DNA of 63,951 nt, counting the filler, from Sphacelaria rigidula (Eukaryota): NCBI GenBank assembly GCA_964200075.2. It is 7 parts of 7 records of this genome, joined end to end, with 100 filler letters (N's around TTAATTAATTAA, not from the genome) between each part and the next. Parts side by side here need not be neighbours in the genome. Positions count along the whole stretch, not along the records: positions 1 to 9,051 come from CAXNAA020009427.1; positions 9,152 to 18,202 come from CAXNAA020009428.1; 5 more parts are not named here. One strand, written 5' to 3'. The translations under genes and the position numbers were made by a program. Shown here in pieces: positions 1-12,135 of the stretch; the first letter of the stretch is position 1; each line of letters starts with the position of its first letter. The notes beneath the pieces were generated by a model. That model saw nothing but the letters and a program-made list of their open reading frames with translations. It was not told the DNA's origin and did not search any database.

Positions 1-279
1 CTTCTCCTTTTATTATATTTTCCCATGTAGCATTTCCCCCCCCCCCCCTTCACCCTCTTCCCCCCCCCCCCTCCCCCCCCCCCCCCCCCCCCCCCGCCGT
101 CTCTGGCCACCAATATCATGAGTACGCACCCCCTCCCCCAGTCCTTTCTCGAGCTTCCTGTAGCAAGCAAGCACAGTGTTTCCCCGTTGATCCAACTTGG
201 GGGTAGGTGCGTATTCTATCTGATGACCATGGCTGGGTCCTTCCTTCCTTATCGCAGGTCAGTTCATGTGTTGTATGTG

Positions 280-340
280 TGTTGTGTTGTCATCCCATCT
301 GCTCTGGACGTCTACACCTTTCGGCGTATGTGGACGCATT
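280..340 (-). mobile_element. 3' end of tRNA-Arg-derived SINE
   Basis: Reverse complement matches the tail of the 18303-18625 copy (ggtgtagac..gtccaga..agatggga.gacaacac). Confidence 0.7.
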
Positions 341-1406
341 AGCTGCGATCAAACAGGAACGTACGACAATCAATCAAACAATTAATCCTGTGTCGTTGGT
401 CACCTGATGGCCGTTCCGACGGGGACTGCTGCCGGCGGGATGCCGACGCGGGGTTCGCCATCCAACCTTGCAAGGCCCTCGCCTCTGGGTTTTCGTGCGT
501 TTTTTTTTTTATAGACATTTTTATGCACATCGCGGCCGAAACAGCATGACATATACATATAATACAATACAGCGAAGGGGGTAGCAAGAGTTAGGACAAG
601 AAGAAGTTGAGTCGACTTACGGGTCTTATTCTTACTATTAACAAGGTAATTTTTTAGACCTGCGTTTTTTCGACTTTATCCAAAACTATGGATTTTCTTC
701 CGCGATTTTTCTCTTTCCTCACGCCCCCCCCCCAAAAGAAATATACCGGGAAAAAAATGCTGACGCTAGATTTCGCAGAAATATGTACGTCGTAGTCAAC
801 TGCAAATGGATTAATTGCCTGACCTAATTATAACCCTTAGACTGCGAACCCCCTCTCAGATGGGCTCGGATGGACTATACCATGTTTGATGATTCAGAAC
901 ACCTCTTTCCCGAAGCGTACTCGTTGCAGTATCTTGCATATGGATGTCAGTCATGAACAGGTTACTTTATTTTCTGGCATTGCCACTTCCCGAGACAGCC
1001 ACGGGCTACACACTGCCTCATGGGTGTTTCACGATATGAACACCACGTAGTGCGACCAATCCCTTCGCGCGGAGTTCAGGTTCTCTCACCTCGCACAAAT
1101 ATGATCGAGCTCGACCAACATAACGGTTAACCTCCCCAAAAAAAACAAGCGAAGAAACAGGTAACCAGATTGCTTTGCTTACGCAGTGAGTGGCGTGTAT
1201 TACAGCGTCTGTTCGTTGCCACTGGATGCCAATCCTCAGGGAGGAAGAAGGGGGCAGCCCGGACGTTTCACTTCTCTCTCACCTAGCTTTTACCTCTCTA
1301 TGGAGGGGTAGGTGGTGGATGGCGACAAAAAAAAACGGGTGTGTGTAGGTCAGGTGAGCTCGAGTCGAGACGACTCGGGTTTGACGAGAAGGCAGCAAAC
1401 AGGGTA

Positions 1407-1666
1407 GACAACTTCTACGATACCCCCCCCCCCCCAAAACAAACAAAATGCCTGGTTTGGGGAGGCAAAATCTTCACATGAATCGAAATGGAAGAAGCCG
1501 AGCACAACGAGTACCTGGGAATTCCCCCGCTTGGGTTCGTTCTCGCCAATGTCGCCCATATGAGGCGCATTATGCAGCCTGAAGCCAAACATCAGGCGCT
1601 GTATGTCCATTTTTTCGTGACACTTTAAGCTGGATTTTTGGGCGGGGGGCTATCGTAGAAAGTGTC
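1407..1666. mobile_element. MITE family A (Sola-like), ~260 bp
   Basis: TIRs GACA(A/C)(C/T)TTCTACGATA-C-run / G-run-CTATCGTAGAAAGTGTC; flanks GGTA/GGCA (4-bp TSD with one mismatch); interior homologous to 37768-38014 in the opposite orientation. Confidence 0.85.
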
Positions 1667-1974
1667 GGCATGTCCTCGTGTACCTACCGTAAGGTCTGCA
1701 CGTCCAAGAGTAGCTTCCCCACGAGGGGTAATCGAAAACACGGGTGGAAAACGAAGGATCAGAGCCTGGGTAACCCTAGAACCTACTGTACCGTGTATCG
1801 TCCAGCGCAGGTCCTACTACCCGTACGTTGGTGTGGTGGACCACACCACAGGCAAGAGCAGCAAGGGTAGCGTCGTCCGGACTGACCGACGTCTAGTATT
1901 GCTATGACAAAAGTGGAGTATGGTCCCACCAATTCTGAACGCCAGTCGACACGTTTCGCTATAATCGGGGGCAT

Positions 1975-2203
1975 CAACCGGGATCACACACGAGGAAGGT
2001 CAACACATGAGTTTTATTTTTATTTTTATTTTTTGTTTGTTCAATAGTACTCTATCCACCTTCCTTCTGAGGTGCTCGCCTTTTTTTTTGTTCATCGCAA
2101 CAGGGGTTCAGCGGTCCCTATCCGTCGTCGACCGCGAAGTCGAATTTTGTGTACCCACGACATAGTCGCGCTTCACCGGTGGGCATGATGTGGGAAAAAA
2201 TCC
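1975..2203 (-). mobile_element. tRNA-Arg SINE, internal fragment
   Basis: Homologous to the SINE body at 50305-50668 (gtcgaccgcgaagtcgaattttgtgtaccca..catagtcg). Confidence 0.75.
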
Positions 2204-4659
2204 CCCACAGTACGGTAGAGTAGAGTATAGTAGTGGTACAGTCTCCAGCACAGCACTAGTGTATGCCCCCTAGAATGACCTCGTTTGATTATGAACGAGC
2301 CGATCGAGAGTGATATACATGCTCACACACATACACTCGACACTCAACAGGCGTTATTATCTCTGGCCATGTCTGTGCAGACGTAATATACAAAATCGCG
2401 TTACGATCGTCGATCGCTCATCGGCGCTGAATAAAGACAGCCTGAAACCGTGGGCGAGCGGGGCTTCGAGAGACGGCTCGTGGCTTCCAGCATGCCACCA
2501 ACACCCAGGAAAATTCACGAGCACACATCCGCCCGCAACACCGGTATCGTATCCGCTACAGCGGCCTCCTTCACCTTTACATATCGATAGTACAGTAGTG
2601 TGGGCAATTTCGACAAACCTCTTACAACTCACCTAGAAGAAGCAACAGGGTGCGATGGGGTGTGTGTTAACCTTCGCACGAACTCGAGTGCAACGACCAA
2701 AGCTTATTGCACTGCGAGGAAATAGGGACCAGCCCCACGGGTAGGTCCAACACTGTTGTCATTCACGTGTACTGTACTTTCTTGTACTGATTGTGGCATG
2801 TTTTGAAGACTCCTACGAAGGTCAATCGCCTCCAGACGTCTTTTGTCCCTGGCCTCGAGACGACGGTCAAGATTTCTGCGCGATACAACAGCATTGCCCG
2901 CGATGACAGTGACCGTAATAGCGGTGCTTTTGTTGCACTCTCTCCGGTATAATTAATTGATTATACTGGACAGTTTGGTGATCTCGAACGGTAGGGCGGA
3001 GGGCAGACGTTCTACAACAGTAAAGTACTACAGCGAGAGTTGCTGAAGGGAAAGCACAACCCCCCTCCTCTACCCGTAATCAGTCGAACTAATCAAGTAT
3101 CTCAGGACTTACCACGGTCTGTGCCACCGCGCGTTGTACGCCCTCGCGACGACATGCCAGATGCCGCAAAGGTGTTCCCAGTGGTACCGCATACACGGGT
3201 CGCGCCCGATGGGTATGGTGTTTGTGTGAGGAGCCCTCCGCACAAACCTCCGCCAACTCAGCCTTCCTTCTCCGCCGCCGTGAATAATGGGCCGTCGAAT
3301 AAATCGTCGAAGCTGCAAGGTATTTAGAGAGGGAAAAGCGTTGTGACAGTGCGTTTCCTCCGCTGGGGTGCCGTACTCGACAGCTGTGTTGGTGATGTCT
3401 GGAGTTCGCTGGCACACCACGATACGATGCTGCGTTATATACTGGACTAGAGAACCGTGCGATCGCGTGTTTCGCGAGACTGTCGCGTGACAATGGTTGG
3501 GAAATCACGACGAAATAAACTACCTTAGTAAAATCTAGTCAAGCCCTTCTATTTCATCGTCGATACTTGTGTTTTGTTTATATTTTTTATTTGTTCGCAT
3601 TCTTTCGATTTTTTCGTTGTGCTATCGAAGTATGACCGCCAGAGAGCCAGCAACAAAACCGTCGAGGACTTTCTCTCGGCAGCAGTACAGCCGGAGGAGC
3701 ATATACAGCACAGAATAGTCAAGCAGCGCACACCTCTTCATTGTGTTTGTCCGTCCTTGCCGACTTTTATGCTGCCAGCTCGCAAGCTGCCCGACGACAT
3801 GTGGCAGTGCAGAAGCTTCACTTAATTCTGTGCGATATTTTTGCACGATCATCATCCTCCTTTTCTATACATATCGTATATTATTTACTCGGTAATATTT
3901 TTCTCAGCGATTTTGCAGCGAACTATACGAGTAATAGTGATGCTGCTCTGTAGCTACAATAAATTTTGGAGAGTACGTGTATCAGTGCCATGTCGATGTT
4001 CAAGTAGCTGCTACGAGTATTGCGACCCCATGAAGTATCGTGCCTCAACATGAGTCCTGTGTAAGTCCAACCCATCACACATATTTCATACAGTAGCTGA
4101 TACACTATTCCAGTACATTTGTATACTACAGCCACCACAACAGTCCACAACAACAGTTGTGCGCAACATAATAGAGTTTACTGTTTGGTCGATTAAAACT
4201 TTCCCGGAATTTCATCACTAGACTTGAGTATACGTCCAACATTCGGATCTTTAATAGGGCAGACAGCCCCACGTACTCCCAGCGTGCGCGAACACACCTC
4301 CACTACTGTTGTCAATGGTGCACTCATGCCGTGCAGGACAATCCGCCGAACTCTCACGGGATCTCCACCGTGCCTCCACGTTATTGCTACAATAGCACTG
4401 CTATACAACTTCTACTGCCTGAGATCTAGAACGAAATTACCATCCTTGATTTTATACTACTGAACTGTCTGTGATCTGCGGTACATCTGTACTCTGTACT
4501 ACTGTAGCATATTTGAAAGGGCATCATGGACAAATCGACAATTCCACAATGAATTGCGTAATTTATTATTGCGAAAGGAAGATTATAGACCTCATACTTC
4601 GTATATTATTGGTGGCTGTTGCCCTCCCTTCCAGACAGCCAGTGCCCTACAACAGTACT

Positions 4660-4900
4660 GTCTATACACAGCACAAAATTCGACCTAACGGTCGATGAGG
4701 GAAAGGGACTGCTGAACTCCTCTCGCGATAAAAAAATAAAAAGGCAAGCACCCCAGAAGAAAGGTGGGGTACTAAAAGCAAATAAAAAAGAAAAAGCTCC
4801 TGTGTTGATCTTCCTCCTGTGTGACCCCGGTTGGTGCGCCCATATATACGGAAAGATGTAGACCGGCGTCCAGAATAGATGGGACGACAACACAGCGCAC
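4660..4900 (+). mobile_element. tRNA-Arg SINE, 5'-truncated
   Basis: Matches 18410-18625, ending gtccagaatagatgggacgacaacac. Confidence 0.8.
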
Positions 4901-5406
4901 ACGAATGATGAGGTAACGAACGAATATCGATTGAGGATAATGTTGTTGTTACGGGTTAGCACGAAACGTCACAGACCGAACACAGCGACAAATGGGCTGC
5001 TGGTAGCGCAAGGCCAGGACTCTGCGCAACGTGACAGGCAAGGCTCCTCCTCCAATAACCGCTTTGCTCACCATCCGCGACAACACCGTAATTTTTTTAC
5101 CCGCCACCTGGATGAGACCCTGGCCAGTTTCTACATCTCCTCGTACATTCCATTTTATCTCAATTTTCCGCCCAACAAGCGACTTTTACCCCGCAGTTGC
5201 GAGAAGAGGTCGTCTTCGTAGTGTAGAACAAGATGTAGGCAAGATCATCATGAGACCGGATGATACTACATAAAAATAAGGCGTGGGTCAGGACTCAGGA
5301 CAAGCATAGTCGGACGGCACGTTGTTTCCGACTCAGCCGCGCAGAAACTCTGTCATTCGTACCGAAAAAATCTGATTGACCGGCATCCTTTATCTTCATT
5401 CGAACA

Positions 5407-5472
5407 ATACGTACGTATGTACGTACATACGTACATACGTACATACATACGTACATACGTGTTCATACATAC
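5407..5472. repeat. (TACG/TACA)n microsatellite
   Basis: Direct observation. Confidence 0.9.
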
Positions 5473-5492
5473 ATGCACGAAGATTGAAGCTT

Positions 5493-5590
5493 GATGATTG
5501 ATTCATTGATTGATTGTCGCAATTTAACTGACCCCCCAGGGGTACAGCCGTGGTCTCATGGTGGACGTACCCAAGAAAAGCGAAACTGAA
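5493..5590 (-). mobile_element. Retroposon 3' end with (CAAT)n tail; further copies at 6645-6705 and 53268-53345
   Basis: Shared gattgtcgca..ccccagg...cagccgtggtc block next to gatt repeats in three places. Confidence 0.6.
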
Positions 5591-8097
5591 ACACGCTCTG
5601 AAGAAAAGAAGGAACAGAAAAAAATAAAAAATAAAGATCGAACATAACGACGTACAGACCAAGTCGTGGGGACCAGAATCCGGTTGACCCTTGACCAATT
5701 AATTGACTGTTCCGACTTTTTGTCTGACGTGGGTTTACGCGAACCCGTCGCCAAGGAGGAGTATTTACTTGTCGAAACGTGCATTGCTTTTGTCGAACCC
5801 TAACGTTAGCTGTCGGGCAAGGGGGGTGCATAGGATGTGCCCTAGATCCCAGACAAAGTAACTGTGTATTCGCAGACCTTACATCAGCGCCAAAGAAGAG
5901 CCTACCGTGCACGCGCTGAGCGAGCGCGCTTGAGATCCTCACCACCGACCGTGAGGTGGATCCGAATGTACAGCAGCAGCAGTGTGTGACGGTCCACACT
6001 CCCCCCCTCCCACACACACACACGTTTCAATGGTGCTTTTTGGCGAGGAAAGGGTCACAGCGTAACCTTTCTACTGATTCGTCCGTTGAGAATATCCACC
6101 AGTTTGCTTAATAGGTTAGTCGTCCAATGATACAAAGTTCAACGACGTGTGGGAGGGGAAGGTGTGGGAGGGGGGTTATAGCAGCAGCATCCCCGCTGTG
6201 CCCTTCCTTATTCCCTGACGTATTGTCTACTGGTGAGAAGTGAAGGTTTTGATCGGTTCGTGGAACAAGCTCGCACTAAGTCATAGATATGCGTTCAGTC
6301 GGACGAAAGAATGGAATGTGTCTCAGACAACTCGCCGTGCGTTTTCTTTTCTCCACGCCGGGCACGAATGAAGACGCCTCTTACCCTCAACTTGTTGTAA
6401 AAATATAGGCAGTTTTGACCCCCCTTCCCCCATCGTTGAACAATGATCTGATGACTATGGCATGCATGATCATGAGTACACCCGCCGTTGAACCACTCAC
6501 TCGGTGGTTTCGAAAGGAGTGGATTTTAATGTCAGCTATTAGTAGATTATGAGTGGAAGGTCAGCAAAAAGGGTACAAAAATGTAACAGCCAGTAACATT
6601 TTTAATGCAATCGCCGGTCAGTCATTAGATAGGTTCAAGTATTTTGATGATTGGTTGATTGTCGCACTTTAATCGACCCCCAGGGGTCCAGCCGTGGTCT
6701 ACAGCGCTTTTTCTCGACTGTCCCGATGGAATTTCGTATGCTCGTTGCTGACATCAAGGCGGGAACAATGATCACAATACCTGTTGAGAAAAGGGTCTGT
6801 CGAAAAAGGATTTCTGACATGCAGGCCGCGAGATCGAAAATATGAATTTTTAAGGAGAAGGGGGGGGTAGGGCGGGGGGCACCCAGCCTGCTGTCCCCTA
6901 GTTAATTGCCCAGGCGTTGATGGATGCGGTCAGCTGTCGTGTACAGAGATCCTTGGCATGGAGACCGATCAGATGGCGGACACGTCTCCCCCCCAAGCTA
7001 ATCACCTACCATGAATACGTGTATGGGATCATGTTTCGTGTTGTGTCCCCCTCGAGAACCTACCGGTAGTCCGGGCAAGTTTGGCGAGACGTGAAATAAT
7101 GTTGCTACTTTGGCTACAGGCTGTCGCTACCGTGCGTTCGTGTATTGTGCATAGTAGGTGTGTGTGAGCGTTGCCGGCATCCGAGACCATTGGGACAGGG
7201 TGGGCAAGGAGCAGAAGCAAATATACGAACCCCGCAAAGCTCACCAGACTTTTCGGTTTTCGTCAGTTTATTTCATCGATTTTTTACCCCCCCCAAGAAA
7301 ACATTAAAACGGTGACAATTATCGAGAGATCGAGAGTTACCCTCCGTGAGGAGGGAGGGGGGATACGTGTCCGAAAATTGTCTCCCAACAGACCCTTGGT
7401 TGAGACACCAAACTTCTCGTTGGAAAGTTCTGCCCCCCAGACAAATACCACGGGAAACGCCTGCGACGATATATGATAATGTGTAAGATTCCTAAAATTA
7501 TCCAGAGTGCACGTATCTTGGATTCTTCGTGGTCACCCGAGGTTCAAGAGCTAATACCAAAAATATTGAGGAGTGCGCATCGACCACTCCGAAGTCACCA
7601 GTAGGGACGTCCATTTTTCTTTTAGGATTCCAGGTCTGATAATGAGAAAAGCCGATGTATTTTTCGCAAATTCAGTCAAACGGGCCTGACTCCGAACAAG
7701 GGAAATAAAAAGGAGAAAGTAGCAACAGCGGCGATGGTGGACTCCAAGCCGTCGACGCAGGTCTCTCCTCGAAATTTCGAGCCGCGACTAGTCTCAAACT
7801 TTGCGTTGCGGGGCATCGCCAGAGACACGTCTGTTTGTTTCATATTAAGTAGTAGTGGGACCAACCTGTACATATCTATGCGTGGTACAGCCCTCCAGGT
7901 ACAAGCTCCCTAAGATTTTTGTGTACGTGTAGGCGTTGTTTCTGGACCGAAGACAACTTAATTTCCGGGTCCACGCCAAACTTGACCCGCGTGGCACTCA
8001 ACGAGCAATCTGGATATTCCAGGCTCCGGGACCAAAACAGCACCCGTGCGACATGATTCCTCCAGGAGGGATTAAATCAAACACCATGAAAAAAGGG

Positions 8098-8099
<2 letters not shown>

Positions 8100-8137
<38 letters not shown>

Positions 8138-8138
8138 C
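8100..8138 (+). repeat. (AAC)n microsatellite, possibly a retroposon tail
   Basis: Direct observation. Confidence 0.9.
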
Positions 8139-8351
8139 GGCTCGCCTATACAACCACAGCACACGCGACCCAAGCAAGCCGAGTACGCGTGCTCTTTGAC
8201 TAAGGTAATGATGACCCTATGCCAACTGGCCAGGTTTCAAAGCTATCACAGCGCGTTAGCGGGTAAGAATACGAATTCAATAACTGTTATTGGTGGGTCT
8301 ATTGCCGCCTGGTTTTTGGCTTGTCTACGGCCGACTGGAAAACAGCTCGAA

Positions 8352-8548
8352 GGTCGCGTCTTGGAATACACCATTTTTCGATCGAAAAAGTGCGGTGAGA
8401 AACAAAAATCCCGATATGATAGGTCTTGATTTCAACCATCTTCAAAATTATCGACGACGATTATGGTTGAAATCACGACCGATCAGATCGGGATTTTTGG
8501 TTCCCACCGCACTTTTTCGATCGAAAACTAATGTACTAAGACACGCCC
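8352..8548. mobile_element. Palindromic MITE, ~90-bp arms
   Basis: ttttcgatcgaaaaagtgcggtg.gaa.caaaaatcccgat.tgat.ggtc.tgatttcaaccat and its reverse complement around a ~20-nt loop. Confidence 0.8.
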
Positions 8549-8956
8549 TGAGTGGAAACATTGGCTTTGCGAAGGCTGTCCTGTCCTTTCCTTACCCTGA
8601 TCTCTCCCGTGACGAGCGCGATAGCGTGACAGTTCCCACAACGTACACTGCACGGGGGGCGACAGAACATCAACCAGTCACTCGTGCACAAAACCGGCCC
8701 GCTAGCGAGAAACACTGTTTTGAACCTAGACTCAATCCTTGCGTATTATTCTCACCCGGGATACGGAAATACTAATAATACACAGGAATTTTAGAGGGGC
8801 CTGCAGATGAACCTGATTATTTAGGCCCTTGCTTTAATTCAACCGGATATTTCAGCCTGACTGTCTTACTCCCGAATCATGAGAAAAACTGCGTCTGCGA
8901 GGCCATGAAAGCACAATTCGTACGTTTTCGCAGATAAACAAACAAACTATTAAAGC

Positions 8957-9051
8957 CGGTCGCTCCGGTGGCTCGGTTGGTAACCTCCAAACCTTCTGAC
9001 GGTCGGGTTGAAGGTTCAATTCTCGCAGCGATCTGGGATTTTTTCTCACAC
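8957..9051 (+). mobile_element. tRNA-Arg(TCT)-derived SINE head, cut by the scaffold end
   Basis: A box tggctcggttgg, cttctga anticodon-like loop, B box ggttcaattc, then ctgggattttttctcacac as in other copies. Confidence 0.8.
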
Positions 9052-9151
9052 NNNNNNNNNNNNNNNNNNNNNNNNNNNNNNNNNNNNNNNNNNNNTTAAT
9101 TAATTAANNNNNNNNNNNNNNNNNNNNNNNNNNNNNNNNNNNNNNNNNNNN
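9052..9151. other. Artificial scaffold spacer (N-TTAATTAATTAA-N)
   Basis: 100-nt N run with an all-frame stop linker; separates size-sorted scaffolds. Confidence 0.98.
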
Positions 9152-9245
9152 CTTGCTCCGTCTCGAAAGGGAGGCGTGGTCAATGGTCACATGACTAAGG
9201 CAAGCAACAAATGAGTACCCCCCCCCCCCGCTCCCGCCCTTACCG
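9152..9245 (+). mobile_element. LINE 3' end with poly-C tail
   Basis: Encodes APSRKGGVVNGHMTKASNK*, matching the end of the LINE at 35944-36444; TGAGTAC then a C-run. Confidence 0.85.
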
Positions 9246-9264
9246 TTCCCGGGCTGCTGATTTT

Positions 9265-10842
9265 TTAAATGGATTTCGGGGGCGGGCCGTTGTCGGCCGT
9301 TACCGCCGTGTCTACCGCGGGGGCGGCTGCTACCCCCGCCACACCTGAGTGGGTGGCGTCGTGTCTTGGAAATATACATCGCGCGCCCCGCGAGCAGTGC
9401 AAACCCTGCCAAGTACGGATGCAAATACCTGTCGACGGTGCCCACTAGGTGATCTCGTCGGGAAGATTTGACAACGGTTTCACGAGGTCGGGAGGTGCGC
9501 TATATCTCACTGGTAACTCCGAATACGGTGCCGGTACGGTCGGTCGTATCTTCTTCGTTGGTTTCCGGAGCCGGGGTTGGCGGAAATGCTGCTACAGACT
9601 GCTGTTTTCGCTTCGATTGTGACGGCTGGGATTCGAGCTCCAAGCTCCAAGCCGATTCTATGCCGTCCGACCAGGTTGAGGGGGTGTCCGTTTGTGATCA
9701 TTTGGTTTACCCGTACGACATGGGGAGGTGGAGTGATGCCGCCGTCGTTGTTGTCGGGCGGGGCAAGAGGGGTTCCCTGGCGTAGGCTCATGACTGCACG
9801 ATCCATCGTATTCATCCAGTCTTCGAAATCGGTGTTGGCGTCTTCGATGAAAAAGGCGCCGCTTTTCTCCGCATGTTGCTGGAGTTGCACTGGGTGTGAA
9901 ATTACGAAACCGGTGACCTTCTCCGCCACATGCCGTCACTCCAAAACTGTGGCGACCTGTCTGCTGGCTGCCAGCGGTGAAGAGCGAACGGTGTCGACGT
10001 TGATGGTGGCGATTAGTGCTTTGAAACCGTACATGAGGCGAATTCCCAGACGCTGTGCCGTGGGCGTCCAGACCACCAGAAGCGGAGGGTCGAACGCCGT
10101 GATGTTGAACTCTTGCAAGCGTTTGGATCATGCGACACATTCGTAGGCTGAACGCTGCGACATTCAGGCAGATGAACTTCAAGTTCTCCTTGGACAGCGA
10201 AAAATTCGAATTGCGTCCAATTCGCAGAAAATACCATTTTGACACGAAGGAGTTGGTTTGTCGGTTGGATACGTGTTCTTCCGCTGCTTCTGACGCAGCT
10301 TTGTCTTTTTTTCACCGTAGCGAAGTCCGCGGTCGCAGGAGGGGACACTAGCGCGGCACAATGTTGCGGTGAACTTGTTGATGTTGGTGCTGTAGAAACG
10401 GATCGCCTTGCGCTTGTTGTAGCTGCGCATGATGTATCGGATTACATACGCTGATGCCGGTGTGATTCAGATGCTGTTGTTGGGTGTACTGCTGCTGCTA
10501 CTGCTGCTGCCAGGGTGGCGGTGCCTGAAGGCTGAGGAGATGACCCACGCCATGCGTCAGATGTTCGAAACCTTGGGCTTGTTGTTGCACACACGCCCCA
10601 CGGATCGTCATCTGTGGCTCCTACGGTTGCGGAAATAGTGGTGGATAGGATTGCCGATGGTGTGGCAGAGTTACGCCTGGTGTTGCTCCTTGTGCTGTAG
10701 GGGGTGCACCTTGCGGCGGAGGGGGCGGGCCTCTAGGGAGATGTGGCTGTTGAGGCGCCGATCGCTGGCACCCTACCCCAGCTGTTGCTGCTTCTGCTGC
10801 CGATGCTGTTTCATGTGAGGGCGTTCGCGTAGGTTCTACCAT
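9265..10842 (-). pseudogene. Decayed intronless gag/ORF1-like protein with C-terminal CCCH zinc finger (Ngaro/DIRS-like)
   Basis: ~500 codons broken by stops and frameshifts; Pro/Gln-rich N-terminus; CIRTWQGLHCSRGARCIFPRH (C-x8-C-x5-C-x4-H) at 9361-9423. Confidence 0.6.
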
Positions 10843-12039
10843 GTTTTGTTGTACCGAAATTACTCGAAACACTTCGGAAGAAGATGTTTTAATTCACTTC
10901 CAGCCACCCCTATCTGTGGGAGGAGGGCCGATTTTTGTGGGGACGAAAATATGGATCCCGAACATCAGTCCCCTCGATTCGTCCCCGTAAAAACTGCTCA
11001 TATTGGGTGATCGATTGCTCCGCTCGCGTACAGCGTGTCCGACCGCAACAGAGGCTTGTCGCCAGGTGGAATGTAGATATCAAACGGATGCTCCAGACCA
11101 TTGCCTCACTAAGCCATTGGTGCACAGGATATGGACCCTCTTTGTCGGGGACCATGTTGCAATCTGATATAGATGATGATGTAGCCTTTTTTTATTTTTC
11201 CCATGGATCACCCACGGGTAGATCAGAATCGGATGCTGCGAACCTCCACCCCCGGAACCGTTTTTTGACGCAAATGTAAAATCAAACTACGCGGTTTTAC
11301 TTTATTTTATTCCCATATCGCCATGTCTCGTTCCGCTGGTTGCGGGTCTCATTTTGCACGTGCGGATTGAATTTTTGCGTTTTGATGCAACATGTGATGG
11401 GACTAAAAAATATGTCTAATGTGTTGCGGCGACGGAGGTGGGCGGCTGAAAGGCATGTTCATCTGAAGTGCGACCGCTTTCCAAGAATATGGTCAAACTC
11501 GTGCATGAATTTACATGGCCCCTGATCACTACCCGTACCCCTTATGCACTGCCTTCCGGCTTGTGAACGTGTAAGCAGCAGAAACATATCGTCATGCTCC
11601 GAATACGTGGCAATATTTACACCCCGACCGCTGCTGGAGAACATTGCGGATAACTGTGAGCCAGGAGAATCTGACCTGGTCGAAGATTACAGTTGCATAC
11701 TCGTACCATATTCCCAGTAGATCGAATGGCGTGTACCGCGCGAGGATTGGTGAAAATCGTTGCGGTAAGGCATTTCGTCGCGTATGGATGGCCATAGGGA
11801 TCGTTATTAACAGGGCTTTTTTTTCAGACTTATTCGACTTCGTCGGGAAAATTTCCGACTTCTCGATAAAATAAATGCTGAAAAAACGTGTAATGGAACG
11901 CAAGATTTTTCGATTAATATGTCGTCATTCATAAATTGTTATTTTCCTTGATCTGGTTGAGAAATCTGTCGTGTGACTTTGGGAGGAAGTTTCCTTTACC
12001 TGGGTATAGAGTATCGCTTGGGTATACACCCAATACAAT

Positions 12040-12135
12040 TCCCAGTTTTGAGTAGATTGGGTGCGACCTCAATTACTCTACCCAACTTTTGGGTAGATTG
12101 AGTACGACCTCAAATACTCTACCCGATATTGGATA
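12040..12135. repeat. Tandem ~41-bp self-complementary unit; related inverted copy at ~30300-30430
   Basis: tttg(a/g)gtagattg(g/a)gt(g/a)cgacctcaa(t/a)tactctaccc twice; reverse complement resembles 30378-30430. Confidence 0.75.

Noticed and set aside
1-140. Gly-rich and Pro-rich ORFs over poly-C tracts (also 43745-43780 and 47510-47545)
   Set aside because: Translations of homopolymers or retroposon tails; not genes
1800-6000. Exon-like pieces (RRSYYPYVGVVDHTTGKSSK; TPTKVNRLQTSFVPGLETTVKISARY; ALEILTTDREVDPN)
   Set aside because: Could not join them in phase or recognise a family; a decayed gene is possible but unsupported
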